The notes: generated from the letters alone by a model not told the origin. A stretch of 64,000 nucleotides of DNA from a virus (IMGVR_UViG_3300036760_000327:1-64000); one strand, 5' to 3'. Shown: positions 29,570-40,113, counted from the first letter of the stretch. Numbers and translations: made by a program.

Positions 29570-29649
29570 AATAGGACAGGTTGGTGGTGAAAGCCAAGCA
29601 AAGTTTATATTGCAGGAGTATGAATAGTTCCTGCCCGACCTGCCTTATT
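29570..29649 (+). ncRNA. four-way-junction RNA motif, copy 2
   Basis: Closing stem AATAGGACAGGTTGG/CCGACCTGCCTTATT; hairpins GGT-GAAA-GCC and GCAGGA/TCCTGC. Confidence 0.55.
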
Positions 29650-29990
29650 GAGAAAGGAAAAGAAGATGGAGTATTATTTTACTGAGTTTGGAACATGGAA
29701 TCCTTACGAAATAGATTTATCGCCTTATAAATTAAATTCTACATACGACTTTGTAGAAGAGTATGAAATAGAAGACAGGTAAGATGAAAACAAAAATTTG
29801 TCCAAATTGTCATCATCCTTTGCAATATATTAAAGGATTAGATAAAACAAACTGGTGGGAGTGCTCTAATACATTACGATGTAGGTATATTAAAGTGGAC
29901 CGTAATTATACTATAGATTATATGGCTATTGGTATTTTATTATTCATAATATTTGTTACAGTAATTCTAATAAAATAATAGGAGAATATT

Positions 29991-30257
29991 ATGCCTTACA
30001 TTACTCAATTGGACAGAGAACGTATTAAACCTTATATTGAGGAATTTTGGGGGAAGTGTCCTACAACAGAAGAAGGAGAAATGAATTATATAATTACCCA
30101 GCTTATTGAACATTATAGAAACGGAAGATATAAATATTCTCTTTTCAATAAAATTATAGGTATTCTAGAATGTATTAAATTAGAGTACTATCGAAGAATG
30201 GTGGCTCCTTACGAATCTGAAAAGTGTCATGAGAATGGAGATGTGTATCATTACTAG
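29991..30257 (+). CDS. conserved phage helical protein
   Basis: MPYI...GEMNYIIT...GILECIKLEYYRR..APYE...NGDVY pattern. Confidence 0.7.
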   Translation: MPYITQLDRERIKPYIEEFWGKCPTTEEGEMNYIITQLIEHYRNGRYKYSLFNKIIGILECIKLEYYRRMVAPYESEKCHENGDVYHY

Positions 30258-30267
30258 GAGGTTTTTT

Positions 30268-30777
30268 ATGATAGACAAAAGAATCACAATATATCTTGCA
30301 GGTGCTATTCGTGATGACCATCCAGAAGATATTGAATGGAGAGAGTTGTTTATTAAACATCTTAAGAATATTGCTACTATATTCAATCCATTAGCGGGCA
30401 AGGTTTTTGATTCTGAAAAGAAAAAGTGGTATTTACACGGTCATTTTAGTACAGGTGAAATAATCGTACCACACGATTTTTGGATGGTAGAACACAGCGA
30501 TTTAATTATATTTAATTTTTTGTCTTTAGCAGAAGGATATCCTAGTATTGGTACATTAGTAGAATTTGGGCATGCAACAGCAGGAAATGCTTTACTTTAT
30601 TGTATAATTCCCAAGGGTTATACTGGGCACGATAGTACAAATCAATATAAATTACATCCATTTCTAGCTAAAAATGCTACAATGGTATTTCAGGGCGTTG
30701 ATTCTTGTTTGGAATTTTTAATTAAACGTGTTCAAAGTTTGAACGGAAACAAGCCTGAATATGGGGATTATGTATGA
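30268..30777 (+). CDS. nucleoside 2-deoxyribosyltransferase-like protein
   Basis: IYLAGAI, WR, FNP, D...SD and SIGTLVEFG. Confidence 0.75.
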   Translation: MIDKRITIYLAGAIRDDHPEDIEWRELFIKHLKNIATIFNPLAGKVFDSEKKKWYLHGHFSTGEIIVPHDFWMVEHSDLIIFNFLSLAEGYPSIGTLVEFGHATAGNALLYCIIPKGYTGHDSTNQYKLHPFLAKNATMVFQGVDSCLEFLIKRVQSLNGNKPEYGDYV

Positions 30778-30998
30778 ATTTTATAGAATTATTACCCTGG
30801 ATATGTTCAGGGTTTTCGGCTATCGGATCAATTTTTAATATATTTAAAAAGAAAATATGTTTTATTATATGGACAATAGGCAATATTGGATTTCTTTTTT
30901 TAAATATTAAATTTGAAATGTATGGCCAATTACCTGTATGGATTGTTTTTATAGCATGTAATATTTATGGGTATTGGAAATGGAGTAAAGAAAAATAA
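30774..30998 (+). CDS. small PnuC-like membrane protein
   Basis: Three TM segments ending NIYGYWKW. Confidence 0.55.
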   Translation: MNFIELLPWICSGFSAIGSIFNIFKKKICFIIWTIGNIGFLFLNIKFEMYGQLPVWIVFIACNIYGYWKWSKEK

Positions 30999-31444
30999 TG
31001 AACGAAAAAATAAAACGATTTAATAGTGGAACTACACAAGATATAGATAATGATAAAGATAAATTGATTATACCAAGCGATTTTTGTGCGGCGGAACACC
31101 GTAAAATAAGACGATTTAATAGTGGGGCTACACGAGATATAGATAATGATAAAATTGATTACGAAGGTTTCTTATCTCCACTTGTATTACAGGCATTTGG
31201 TGAATACATGAACAAACATCGTTACCAGTCAAACGGGGCTGTACGCGACTCGGATAATTGGCAAAAAGGAATCCCAAAAGATGTTTATATGAAATCAGCG
31301 TTAAGACATATCCATGATTTATGGATGGAACATCGAAAATATAAATCTCGAGATGGAATTGACTCTGCTCTAGGAGGATTATTGTTTAACGTTATGGGTT
31401 ACTGGTTTGAACTTCTTAAAGAGCGAAGAATACAAGGAGGGTAA
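30998..31444 (+). CDS. dATP/dGTP diphosphohydrolase-like (DUF5664-like) protein
   Basis: F.SGATRD...KIDY...NWQKGIP...SALRH; the N-terminal motif is duplicated (31015-31057 / 31111-31153). Confidence 0.65.
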   Translation: MNEKIKRFNSGTTQDIDNDKDKLIIPSDFCAAEHRKIRRFNSGATRDIDNDKIDYEGFLSPLVLQAFGEYMNKHRYQSNGAVRDSDNWQKGIPKDVYMKSALRHIHDLWMEHRKYKSRDGIDSALGGLLFNVMGYWFELLKERRIQGG

Positions 31445-31445
31445 A

Positions 31446-31808
31446 ATGCCTATATTTTTATACAAATGTTTAGATTGCGAGTATGAATTTGAAAAAATTG
31501 TAATTGATAGTCAAGCGGGATTTAGTGAACCAGATCAATGTCCCGAATGTAGAAGTAATATTATTGAAAAAATGGTTACCGCGCCAGCACAAATTCGTAT
31601 GGATGGTAAAGCAGGTTTACGATCAGTACCAGATCCTAAGCCACCATTACAGGAATTAAGGGGTAAAAATAAATCTGGATGCGAGGGCGGTTATGCGGAT
31701 CTTCCCGAGTTTAAGCCAACGGAACGTAAAAAGACGAAAGGCGGAAATTGGGAATGGAGCGAAAAAAAGAAACAATATATTGATATGAAAAGGGGAGGAA
31801 AAAAATGA
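31446..31808 (+). CDS. FmdB-family zinc-ribbon protein
   Basis: MPIFLYKCLDCEYEFE...CPEC. Confidence 0.75.
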   Translation: MPIFLYKCLDCEYEFEKIVIDSQAGFSEPDQCPECRSNIIEKMVTAPAQIRMDGKAGLRSVPDPKPPLQELRGKNKSGCEGGYADLPEFKPTERKKTKGGNWEWSEKKKQYIDMKRGGKK

Positions 31809-32019
31809 AAAAGACTACTACAATAAATAAAGAAATATGGAGTGTATGCGGTTGTGGTGGTAAAAAAGATTGCATTTTATGCGAAGGAACAGGAAAGTTT
31901 ATATCCGAAACTTTTGTAGAGACAATTGTGGAGGAAATGCCTGAAAAGATAGATGAAATAATAGATGCAGAAGAAATTTTACCTAAAATTCCTTTAAAAA
32001 GTAATTAAAATATTATTTT

Positions 32020-32046
32020 TGTCACAAAAACAGAGAATTTACTATT
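32020..32046 (+). promoter_or_regulatory. phage promoter motif TGTCACA-N13-TACTATT
   Basis: Exact motif upstream of the recombination genes. Confidence 0.7.
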
Positions 32047-32066
32047 AACATAGTAGGAGGCATAAA

Positions 32067-32600
32067 ATGAACGAAACAATTCAGAAGGATGTTGTTCGGA
32101 AAGATATTGAAGGAGATTTAAAAAAAGAGTTAGAAATTAATGATGCTGATATTGCTACTGAACTTAGGGAACAATCTACTAAATTTTTCTTTTATGGTAC
32201 ATTATGGGCCAGGGCTTTACGAGCAGAACGACAACAAAAATTAATTGTAGAAAGTCTTGAGGCATCTCTTAGTAAGGAATTCCGAGAACTTATGTTAAGG
32301 ACAGAACCAGGAACAAGAGTTACTGAAAAAATGCTAAAAGAATATATATCAGGTGCTCCTTTGTATCAAGAAGCACAACAGAAGCTTATTAATGCTGGTT
32401 ATTCTGCTGATCTATTTAATGTTGCCAAAACTGCATTTGAGTCACGAGGTCGTATGTTGTTAGAGTTGTCACGCCAGACTGGAGAAAATAAATTCTATGA
32501 TCGAGAGTTTCTTAATATGAAGGATGAGTTTGAGCGGCGAGAAGAAAAGAAAGCTAAGGGAAGATCTAAAAAGGCCGAATCCAAAGGAATCGTGGAATAA
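32067..32600 (+). CDS. UvsY-like recombination mediator (coiled coil)
   Basis: L.IND...EL..Q...., TEK and AFE.R..ML pattern; position upstream of SSB and RecA. Confidence 0.55.
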   Translation: MNETIQKDVVRKDIEGDLKKELEINDADIATELREQSTKFFFYGTLWARALRAERQQKLIVESLEASLSKEFRELMLRTEPGTRVTEKMLKEYISGAPLYQEAQQKLINAGYSADLFNVAKTAFESRGRMLLELSRQTGENKFYDREFLNMKDEFERREEKKAKGRSKKAESKGIVE

Positions 32601-32822
32601 TATGAGCTCTTTTCACAAAGTTCCCTATTGCTGGGGAAAATTAAAATATACACAAGATGATATACATAATCTTGGTTCTATTATTTGTCCTCACTGTAAA
32701 ATAACAATAACAAATCAAGATGTTGTTGATTCCTTACTTTTGGTCGATCTTATATCGTTGATAAAAGCAGCCGGAAGTAAACAAACCAATCTGTTCGAGG
32801 GAATTAAATAAGGAGAATAAAA

Positions 32823-33875
32823 ATGACAGATAATGATTATCTTCAGGACATGAAAGATTTTTACACCCGAACCTTACAGACTAGTAATAAAATCTCAGGC
32901 GTAGTTTGCCCTCACTCATTTGATACTCGAGACGAGAAAAATAATTGTGAATTATGTGAACTATGTAAAAATGTGCTTATTAATCGAGACACGCCTAAAA
33001 ATGATCCTTTGAAAGAGAAGGCCAGGACTATCAATTCTAAGAAAAAGTTTTATTCAAATATGGTTTTTATGGCCAATCCGTCTGAAGTTATTGTTCTTGC
33101 ATACGGAGAAAAAATATTTAATAAACTTATTGTAGGCCAAATGGACGAACTTAGTGAATGGAAAAATTTTATGCATCCGACACAAGGAAGAAATTTTTAT
33201 ATAACTAAAGTTAAAACTGGACCAGAAAAGAAAGATGTTGATTATAGCGTAGAACCGCGCATGGCAACAAGTCAATTGCCAGATCCATCAGTATTAGCCC
33301 GATTATATGATATTAATAATATAACAGCTCTCATAAAGTCAGGAGCTGTAAAACCGGTTCATCAATCCAAATTTGATTTTCAGAAAACCGAGGTTAGATT
33401 TCTTCCTAGTGGAGACAAAACCAGACCTTTAATGTTTTTTAAATTAGTTTTGTGGCATTATAATATTTCACCAGAAGAATTTACGGCTGTCCAGAACGGA
33501 CAATATAATCCAATTACTGGTCTTTATACAAAACAGACCCGTGAAATAACAGCCACAGAAATTGTTAAGATGCAAGAAAAAGCTAAAGATTTTAAAATTC
33601 CTTCTAGTACAAAAACTTTAGATAGTAAAGATTTATTGGCAGAATGGGGCGGAGAACTTGCGGATAATGATTTAACCGAGGATCCTTCTTTAACTGAAAA
33701 TGCTAATTTTGAGACAGAAATTGGAATAGAACCAATTTGTTTTGGCCAGTATGATAAAGATAATAAAACGTGTATAGGAAAATGTTCAGAAAATGAAGGA
33801 TGGGGAATAGCATGTCGTAAAATCGTAGAGGAAAGATTGGCCATGAGAGCAAGAGCAAAGAGATTAGTTAGATAA
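32823..33875 (+). CDS. single-stranded DNA-binding protein (T4 gp32-like)
   Basis: CP...CELC Zn site, KKKFYSN, P.QGRNFYITK and acidic region. Confidence 0.65.
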   Translation: MTDNDYLQDMKDFYTRTLQTSNKISGVVCPHSFDTRDEKNNCELCELCKNVLINRDTPKNDPLKEKARTINSKKKFYSNMVFMANPSEVIVLAYGEKIFNKLIVGQMDELSEWKNFMHPTQGRNFYITKVKTGPEKKDVDYSVEPRMATSQLPDPSVLARLYDINNITALIKSGAVKPVHQSKFDFQKTEVRFLPSGDKTRPLMFFKLVLWHYNISPEEFTAVQNGQYNPITGLYTKQTREITATEIVKMQEKAKDFKIPSSTKTLDSKDLLAEWGGELADNDLTEDPSLTENANFETEIGIEPICFGQYDKDNKTCIGKCSENEGWGIACRKIVEERLAMRARAKRLVR

Positions 33876-34088
33876 TTAATGTAAAATAAAAAGGAGCTAT
33901 AATGCCTTATTTATGTTACCAATGTTATATTGAAAAGTTTAAAGAAGATAAATGGGATACTTTTGATTGTAATTTAGAAATTAGAAAAACTTGCGAAAAT
34001 TGTGGTTTACTAGGATTATATGTTAGAGAGATCAAAGAAACAGAGAAAGAAAGGAAAAACTGATTTAACAAAAGGAGAAAAATATTAT

Positions 34089-34754
34089 ATGAGACCACCT
34101 GTATGGAGAATGCCAAAAAAGGAAATTGTACAACTTGCAAAATGGCGGTGTGTACATGGTGAAAGTGGACTATCACATTATAATTGCTTTTTAAGAGAAC
34201 ATCCTGATGTTCAAGAAAAAACAGGTTTTCTGGATATTGAAACATCTAATTTACATGCCACATTTGGCATTATTTTATCATATTCGATTAAAGAAAGAGG
34301 TGTGGATAATATTTATAGTCGAGTAATAACTGCCCATGAATTGCGTACATGTTTAGATAAGAATGTTGTTATGCAATGTGTAAGGGACATGCAAAAATTT
34401 GATCGAGTTATAACTTTTTATGGGACACGTTTTGATCTTCCGTTCATTCGGACAAGAGCTTTGGCTCTTGGAATAGATTTTCCTGAATATGGTCAATTAT
34501 ATCATAAGGATATATATTATATAGCTCGCAATAAACTTCGACTTCATTCCAATCGTCTGGATGCCGTTTGTCGTGCTCTTTTTGGCGATACAACCAAGAC
34601 TCGTATAGAACCTCAGCACTGGATCCAGGCATTGATGGGTAAAAAAGAAGCTTTAGATTATATTCTTGAACATAATAGGCAGGATGTGATTGAATTGGAG
34701 AGAGTGTATGATACATTAATTTGTTTTAATACAATTACTAATACAAGTATATAA
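34089..34754 (+). CDS. RNase H-like 3'-5' exonuclease (YprB/DnaQ-like)
   Basis: FLDIET, TFYG.RFDLPF and HN.QDV. Confidence 0.85.
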   Translation: MRPPVWRMPKKEIVQLAKWRCVHGESGLSHYNCFLREHPDVQEKTGFLDIETSNLHATFGIILSYSIKERGVDNIYSRVITAHELRTCLDKNVVMQCVRDMQKFDRVITFYGTRFDLPFIRTRALALGIDFPEYGQLYHKDIYYIARNKLRLHSNRLDAVCRALFGDTTKTRIEPQHWIQALMGKKEALDYILEHNRQDVIELERVYDTLICFNTITNTSI

Positions 34755-34888
34755 GATGTCAGAATATATATGGTGCGATAAACGGCAACAGCAAATTCAT
34801 GTGGACGTTTGTCAAAAATTAATATGCCGTAAAAGAAAAAAATGTGATGCGTGGATCCAGAAACAAAATAAACATAAGGAGGAACTGA

Positions 34889-35278
34889 ATGACTAATTTT
34901 CCTGATGTAGCTGTTGGTGATGGTAATTTTCAAAATATCAGAAAAAATGCTATTCGAGATAGATTAAACGGAGCAAAAATTAAAATAGGAGGCACAAATT
35001 TCCTGGTTGGAGTAAAAAACAGAGTAATGGAAAGATTTAAAGTTGCAGGCCAGACAGATTTTTTCAATTCTACAATATTATTAGAGGCCAATTTGACAGA
35101 GGGTAATACCTTAATAACTCTTTTACACGAGATGATAGAATGTCTTTCACGTATCTATCATTTAGATTTACCTCATGAATTGATTGAGCAATTAGAGACA
35201 CTTTTATTTGAAGCCTTGGTTACCAATCCTCGTGTCTTACAAGAGTTATTAATTTATGCAAAGAAATTAAATGACTAA
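34889..35278 (+). CDS. metallopeptidase-like protein (HExxE variant)
   Basis: TLLHEMIE; similar to 42978-43307. Confidence 0.5.
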   Translation: MTNFPDVAVGDGNFQNIRKNAIRDRLNGAKIKIGGTNFLVGVKNRVMERFKVAGQTDFFNSTILLEANLTEGNTLITLLHEMIECLSRIYHLDLPHELIEQLETLLFEALVTNPRVLQELLIYAKKLND

Positions 35279-35585
35279 GCAACAAAAAGAACAAAGAAAA
35301 TTAGAGCGTAAGAAACTTAAAGAATGGAGTAAAGAAGTACGTACTAATGATGGTTGGCATTGTGTTTATTGCAATAAAGAAAATAAAAGACTTAATGCCC
35401 ATCATCTTTTACCAAAACAAATTTATCCTCAATTTAAATTTGACCCTAAAGTAGGAATTTCCCTTTGTCCATTTTCTTGTCATCGTAGACGAGCCCATTA
35501 TGATGGTGTAGCTTTTACAATTTGGCTTATGGAACATAGACCAGAACAGTTTGAATATATTAAAAGCTTATTGAAAACAAAATGA
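35271..35585 (+). CDS. HNH endonuclease (NinG-like)
   Basis: W...VR..D...CVYC...LNAHH...GISLC..CH. Confidence 0.75.
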   Translation: MTKQQKEQRKLERKKLKEWSKEVRTNDGWHCVYCNKENKRLNAHHLLPKQIYPQFKFDPKVGISLCPFSCHRRRAHYDGVAFTIWLMEHRPEQFEYIKSLLKTK

Positions 35586-35914
35586 ATTTTTTTAATGAAC
35601 TTAAAAATTATTTTGGCAGAAAAATTTCTTTAGAATCTTATGGAGACAATTTTATAGCCCCTCCATGTCCGCTACAACTTCAAATAACTAAAACATGTGT
35701 TTGTATGACATGTGATTTAGTAAACAATTGTCCTATGGAAATATTGTGCAGACAACAAGGATGTGAAATGGTATTTATTAGAGGTTGTACTAGTTATACA
35801 AACAGGAAGGAAAAAAATTGTGAAGAAAAACGGGAAGTCTTTAGAGAAGGTTCCCACTTCGATGGAGGAGTCTTCTGTTTTAGAGGAAAACCCAAAACAA
35901 ATTCAACAATTTAA
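35582..35914 (+). CDS. Cys-rich hypothetical protein
   Basis: ORF overlapping the recA start. Confidence 0.45.
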   Translation: MNFFNELKNYFGRKISLESYGDNFIAPPCPLQLQITKTCVCMTCDLVNNCPMEILCRQQGCEMVFIRGCTSYTNRKEKNCEEKREVFREGSHFDGGVFCFRGKPKTNSTI

Positions 35915-38039
35915 AAAGTTACTTGAAGCCGAGGATAATATATTTGGCACAACCCTATATTATTTACATTCAGGAAATCTAGCTTTGGATTATATTATTA
36001 GCGGGAAAGCTGATGGGACAGGCGGGTGGCCAGGTGGCAAAGTTGTAGAAATGTTTGGGGCACCATCTTGTTTGGTAGCTGGAACCAAAATTTGTTTGGC
36101 GAATGGCAGTATGGTTCCAATTGAAAGTCTAGGGCATAATCATTTAGACAATATTAATATTGATATATTATTAGATAAATATGGTAATAAAGCTAATGCT
36201 AAAATATTTCATAAGTTTGATAATCAAAATATAGTAGAAATATTAATGCAAGGGGGAACAATAATTAAAGGTACATATAATCATCCTTTATTAAAAGTTA
36301 TGGATGATTATAGTTTTGTATGGACTACACTAGATAAATTAAAAATCGGAGATAAATTAGCAACGATTACTTATATTCCGTGCTCAATCGTAGAAGAAAT
36401 AAATACCGATTTTCATTATTTACCTATAAGTAAATATTCTCCTAAATATAAATATAATATTCCTGAAAAAGTAACCGAGGAATTGGCCGCAATATTTGGG
36501 TATATTATAGGTGATGGTTGGATACAAAAAGATAAAAAATATGGTTATGGATTTAGAAGAGTGGCATTTCTTGTAAATGAATCAGAACAAGATATTTTAC
36601 CTATATTACTTAAATATGTAGAAAATACATTTGGTTGTCCTCCTCGTATCTCTGTTAGAGAACCAGATACTACTCCACGATTAATGAAAAGCGGGAAATA
36701 TATTGTTGGAAAACAAACACTAACAGACGTAACTTATAGTAGTGTGCCAATGGCAACTATTTTATCTTTTCTTATTAATAAAGAAGTTCCAGATTTAATA
36801 TTTCGATCTGGCAATAAAGTGGTGGCATCATTTATACGGTGGCTATTTGAAGCTGATGGACATGTAGATGATCCTACAAATTATACATCCCAAAGTACTC
36901 CGGGTATAGGATTAACTTCAAATTATCCGCAATTATTACAAGATATAAAACTTTTATTATTAAGATTTAAAATTAGGAGTCGAATATATAATAATAAATT
37001 ATATATTTCAGATGGTCAATCTATAATATATTATGCACAACATATTGGATTTGTTTCTAATAAAAAGAAAAATAGACTAATTCACTTAATGTCAGTAAGA
37101 CAAGATAGAAGGAAACAAACATATTCTGATTACGAAATTATTAAAGATATTAAGTATTTAAACGACAAAGAATCAGTTTATGATATTGAAGTTCTATATG
37201 AACATAGTTTTATAGCTAATGGTGTTATAAGTCACAATACTGGGAAGACGCTTCTTATTGATAAAGCTGGCGCGGAAATGCAAAAAATAGGGGGTGTATT
37301 TGTATTAGCTGATGTTGAAAATCGGTGGAACAAAGCATTTGCTAAAATGCATGGCGTGAATGTTGACAATGTTATTTGTTTTTCCCCGTCTACAGTTGAA
37401 GAATTTACTATTAAGATAGATAGATTGTTAGAAGCTGCTGAAGATACTAAATTTTTAATTGCATTAGATAGTCTTGCACGTTTATCAACTATTAAAGAAG
37501 TTGATGATGTAGGCGATGGTGATATTAAAGCAGACCAAGGAAGAAAGGCTCAAAAAATCCATGCTGCTATGAGAGTATTACCAGCCAAAATTAGCAAAAC
37601 AAATTCCATATTTATGGTAGCAAATCATATAATTGATAACCCGAATCAAATGTATTCTTCTATTAAACATACCCCAGGTGGACGTGGGATACCATTTCAG
37701 GCTACAGTACGGGTTGATTTATCTTCACCAACTACTATAGTACTGAAAGGAAGAAATCGTCCCATCGGGGTAGAATTGCATGCTAAATGTGTAAAGAATT
37801 CTGAAACAGTCCCCTTTGGAGAATGTGATATTAAAATGTTATGGAGCATAGGTATAAGTAAATATGCAGGTCTGGCTGATATTTTAGTGGATTGTGGTAT
37901 TATTAACAAAAATGGAGCGTGGTTAGAATTTCAAGGGCAAAAATTTTATGAAAGAGACATATCTAAAATTATAGAATCCCATCCTGAAATATTAACTGAT
38001 AAGCAATTAACAAATCCATATTTTATGCGGGAAGAATGA
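35763..38039 (+). CDS. recA: RecA/UvsX-like recombinase containing an intein (true start probably 35820-35861)
   Basis: SGNLALD, GG.P.GKVVE.FG.PS//TGKT, LDSL and TPGG..IPF.A. Confidence 0.9.
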   Translation: MKWYLLEVVLVIQTGRKKIVKKNGKSLEKVPTSMEESSVLEENPKQIQQFKKLLEAEDNIFGTTLYYLHSGNLALDYIISGKADGTGGWPGGKVVEMFGAPSCLVAGTKICLANGSMVPIESLGHNHLDNINIDILLDKYGNKANAKIFHKFDNQNIVEILMQGGTIIKGTYNHPLLKVMDDYSFVWTTLDKLKIGDKLATITYIPCSIVEEINTDFHYLPISKYSPKYKYNIPEKVTEELAAIFGYIIGDGWIQKDKKYGYGFRRVAFLVNESEQDILPILLKYVENTFGCPPRISVREPDTTPRLMKSGKYIVGKQTLTDVTYSSVPMATILSFLINKEVPDLIFRSGNKVVASFIRWLFEADGHVDDPTNYTSQSTPGIGLTSNYPQLLQDIKLLLLRFKIRSRIYNNKLYISDGQSIIYYAQHIGFVSNKKKNRLIHLMSVRQDRRKQTYSDYEIIKDIKYLNDKESVYDIEVLYEHSFIANGVISHNTGKTLLIDKAGAEMQKIGGVFVLADVENRWNKAFAKMHGVNVDNVICFSPSTVEEFTIKIDRLLEAAEDTKFLIALDSLARLSTIKEVDDVGDGDIKADQGRKAQKIHAAMRVLPAKISKTNSIFMVANHIIDNPNQMYSSIKHTPGGRGIPFQATVRVDLSSPTTIVLKGRNRPIGVELHAKCVKNSETVPFGECDIKMLWSIGISKYAGLADILVDCGIINKNGAWLEFQGQKFYERDISKIIESHPEILTDKQLTNPYFMREE
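36069..37238 (+). mobile_element. intein with LAGLIDADG homing endonuclease (390 aa)
   Basis: Starts CLVAGT, block B GTYNHP, FGYIIGDG and IRWLFEADG, ends VYDIEV...ANGVISHN followed by Thr. Confidence 0.93.
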
Positions 38040-38639
38040 ATGATTAAAAGTATTTCTTTCTCAAATACTGAAATTTTACAGAATATTTTAAAATTATACG
38101 TGCGCGCAGATCGTTTTGATCTTGATCCTACTTTCAGTAAAGGAAATTTCTATAAAAATATACTTGAACCTACTTACAAATCCGATTTAATTCCGCAGAG
38201 ACCAGATATAATTCCAGCAGATTTTACTAAATTACCGTTTAAAGATAATAGCATAAATTCTATATGCGCTGATCCCCCATTTGTCGTGGGTTTGCCGAAT
38301 AAATCTAAAGATACTGTTGGGTCTAATTTGATAAAAAATCGTTTTGGCGCTTTTAGGACTATAAAAGATTTAAAAAATATCTACGTAGCTGCCATTAAAG
38401 AATTTTATCGAGTATTAAAACCAGGCGGCTGGCTTGTGTGGAAATGCCAAGATACCGTATCTTCGGGTAAACAATACTGGAGCCATGTTGATAGTTACAA
38501 CATGGCTATAGTTGCTGGCTTTGAGGCTATTGATCTTTTTGTTTTATTGGCTAAGTCCCGCATGACCAGCAGCAAATGGAGGGGCCAGTATCATGCAAGA
38601 AAATTTCATAGTTTTTTCTGGGTCTTTAAAAAGATATGA
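38040..38639 (+). CDS. phage DNA amino-methyltransferase
   Basis: LDPTFSKG, ADPPF, RVLKPGG and HARKFHS. Confidence 0.8.
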   Translation: MIKSISFSNTEILQNILKLYVRADRFDLDPTFSKGNFYKNILEPTYKSDLIPQRPDIIPADFTKLPFKDNSINSICADPPFVVGLPNKSKDTVGSNLIKNRFGAFRTIKDLKNIYVAAIKEFYRVLKPGGWLVWKCQDTVSSGKQYWSHVDSYNMAIVAGFEAIDLFVLLAKSRMTSSKWRGQYHARKFHSFFWVFKKI

Positions 38640-39118
38640 TAAAAATGGGAAGGCGTGATATAAAATTTCATGCATTGAAAAAAGGAAGACGTATAAAATA
38701 CCCGAAACTACAGGAATTATTACATACCGATCTAAAAGAATATCATCGACAAGTAGAAATTATTAATAGAGAAAAACGTTCCTTGCAAAAAAGAATATAC
38801 AAGAAAGAACATAAAAAAGAAATAAATACAGCTCGCCGAAGCCATAGAGTCCAAAATAAAATCAATAATCTTGAATGGTTAAAAACTTATTTAAAAGTTA
38901 ATAAAATTTGTTGTCAAAGATGTGGATATAATAAAAGTTTTGAAGCCATTGATGGGCACCATAAAAATCCACTAGAAAAGAAGAGCAAACAAGATCATTT
39001 TAGCTATTGGATTCTAGAAACTCCTAGTAACTTTAAAAATAAAATAATTAATAATGATATATTATTTCTGTGTTCCAATTGCCATAGAGAACTTCACGCG
39101 GATTTATGGAGCATATAA
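38636..39118 (+). CDS. HNH endonuclease
   Basis: CQRCGY...IDGHH...LCSNCHRELH. Confidence 0.85.
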   Translation: MIKMGRRDIKFHALKKGRRIKYPKLQELLHTDLKEYHRQVEIINREKRSLQKRIYKKEHKKEINTARRSHRVQNKINNLEWLKTYLKVNKICCQRCGYNKSFEAIDGHHKNPLEKKSKQDHFSYWILETPSNFKNKIINNDILFLCSNCHRELHADLWSI

Positions 39119-40113
39119 TGCCACTTTGGATGATTTTTTCGGATGTCCATCTTAAAGAATGGCGCCCGTTTTCATCTATTTTATCCAACGGAATGAATTC
39201 CCGTTTAATGGAACAAGTTAAAGTTTTACAACGAGTAAAACAGATTGCTCAACAATATCATATTTCTCATATTTTTTTCTTGGGGGATTTGGTAGATTCC
39301 CTTTCTCCGACTATTTCTAAAATTGTTATCAATACTGCTTTTTATATGGTACAATCATTAGCAGAAATAGCCAATATTTATTTAATCGTGGGCAATCACG
39401 ATATTTTTGGTCAGATAAACACCCTTACTCCATTTTCTTCTATTCCAAGAGTTAAAATTATTAATGAGGTTACGGTTATAAAACTAGATGGAAAAACTAT
39501 AGATTTAATTCCGTGTTACGGGAAAATTCCGCAGAAAAAATCCGAGTACTGTTTCGGGCACTTCGGAATACAAGGAGCTACCATAGGAAATGGGGTCATA
39601 GTAGACGAGGAAATTGAACCTAAAATGTTAGTCGGATATAAATTAGTTCTTGCAGGACATTTCCATTCTAGACAGCAAGTAGCAGATAATGCTTATCAAG
39701 TTGGTAGTGTAATGGATATAAATTTTTCCAGTACAACAGAAGATAAAGGAGTATTTTTATTAAATCCTAAAAATGATGAACTTAAGTTTATACCTATTTT
39801 ATCTTCTAAATTCTATACTATTGAAATTAATAATAAAAAAGATTTAGAAGATTTTATAAAACAATATAATTGTCAAAAAACAAATGATTATTTTAAATTA
39901 CGAATTAAAACGGACAATATTACAGTGCCAGAACTTTCTAATAATGTTATTGTAGAATTTGATTTTGAACCCTCAATAAACGAAAAAGAACTTATAGATA
40001 CTCATGATATTACAAACTTACAACCAATTATAAAAGATTTTATTCAATCATCTAACACAGCTTTAAATAAAGATATTTTATATAAAAAAGCAATAGAGCT
40101 TTTAGAAATATAA
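39118..40113 (+). CDS. SbcD/Mre11-like nuclease (T4 gp47-like)
   Basis: SDVH, LGDL, GNHD and GHFH. Confidence 0.9.
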   Translation: MPLWMIFSDVHLKEWRPFSSILSNGMNSRLMEQVKVLQRVKQIAQQYHISHIFFLGDLVDSLSPTISKIVINTAFYMVQSLAEIANIYLIVGNHDIFGQINTLTPFSSIPRVKIINEVTVIKLDGKTIDLIPCYGKIPQKKSEYCFGHFGIQGATIGNGVIVDEEIEPKMLVGYKLVLAGHFHSRQQVADNAYQVGSVMDINFSSTTEDKGVFLLNPKNDELKFIPILSSKFYTIEINNKKDLEDFIKQYNCQKTNDYFKLRIKTDNITVPELSNNVIVEFDFEPSINEKELIDTHDITNLQPIIKDFIQSSNTALNKDILYKKAIELLEI

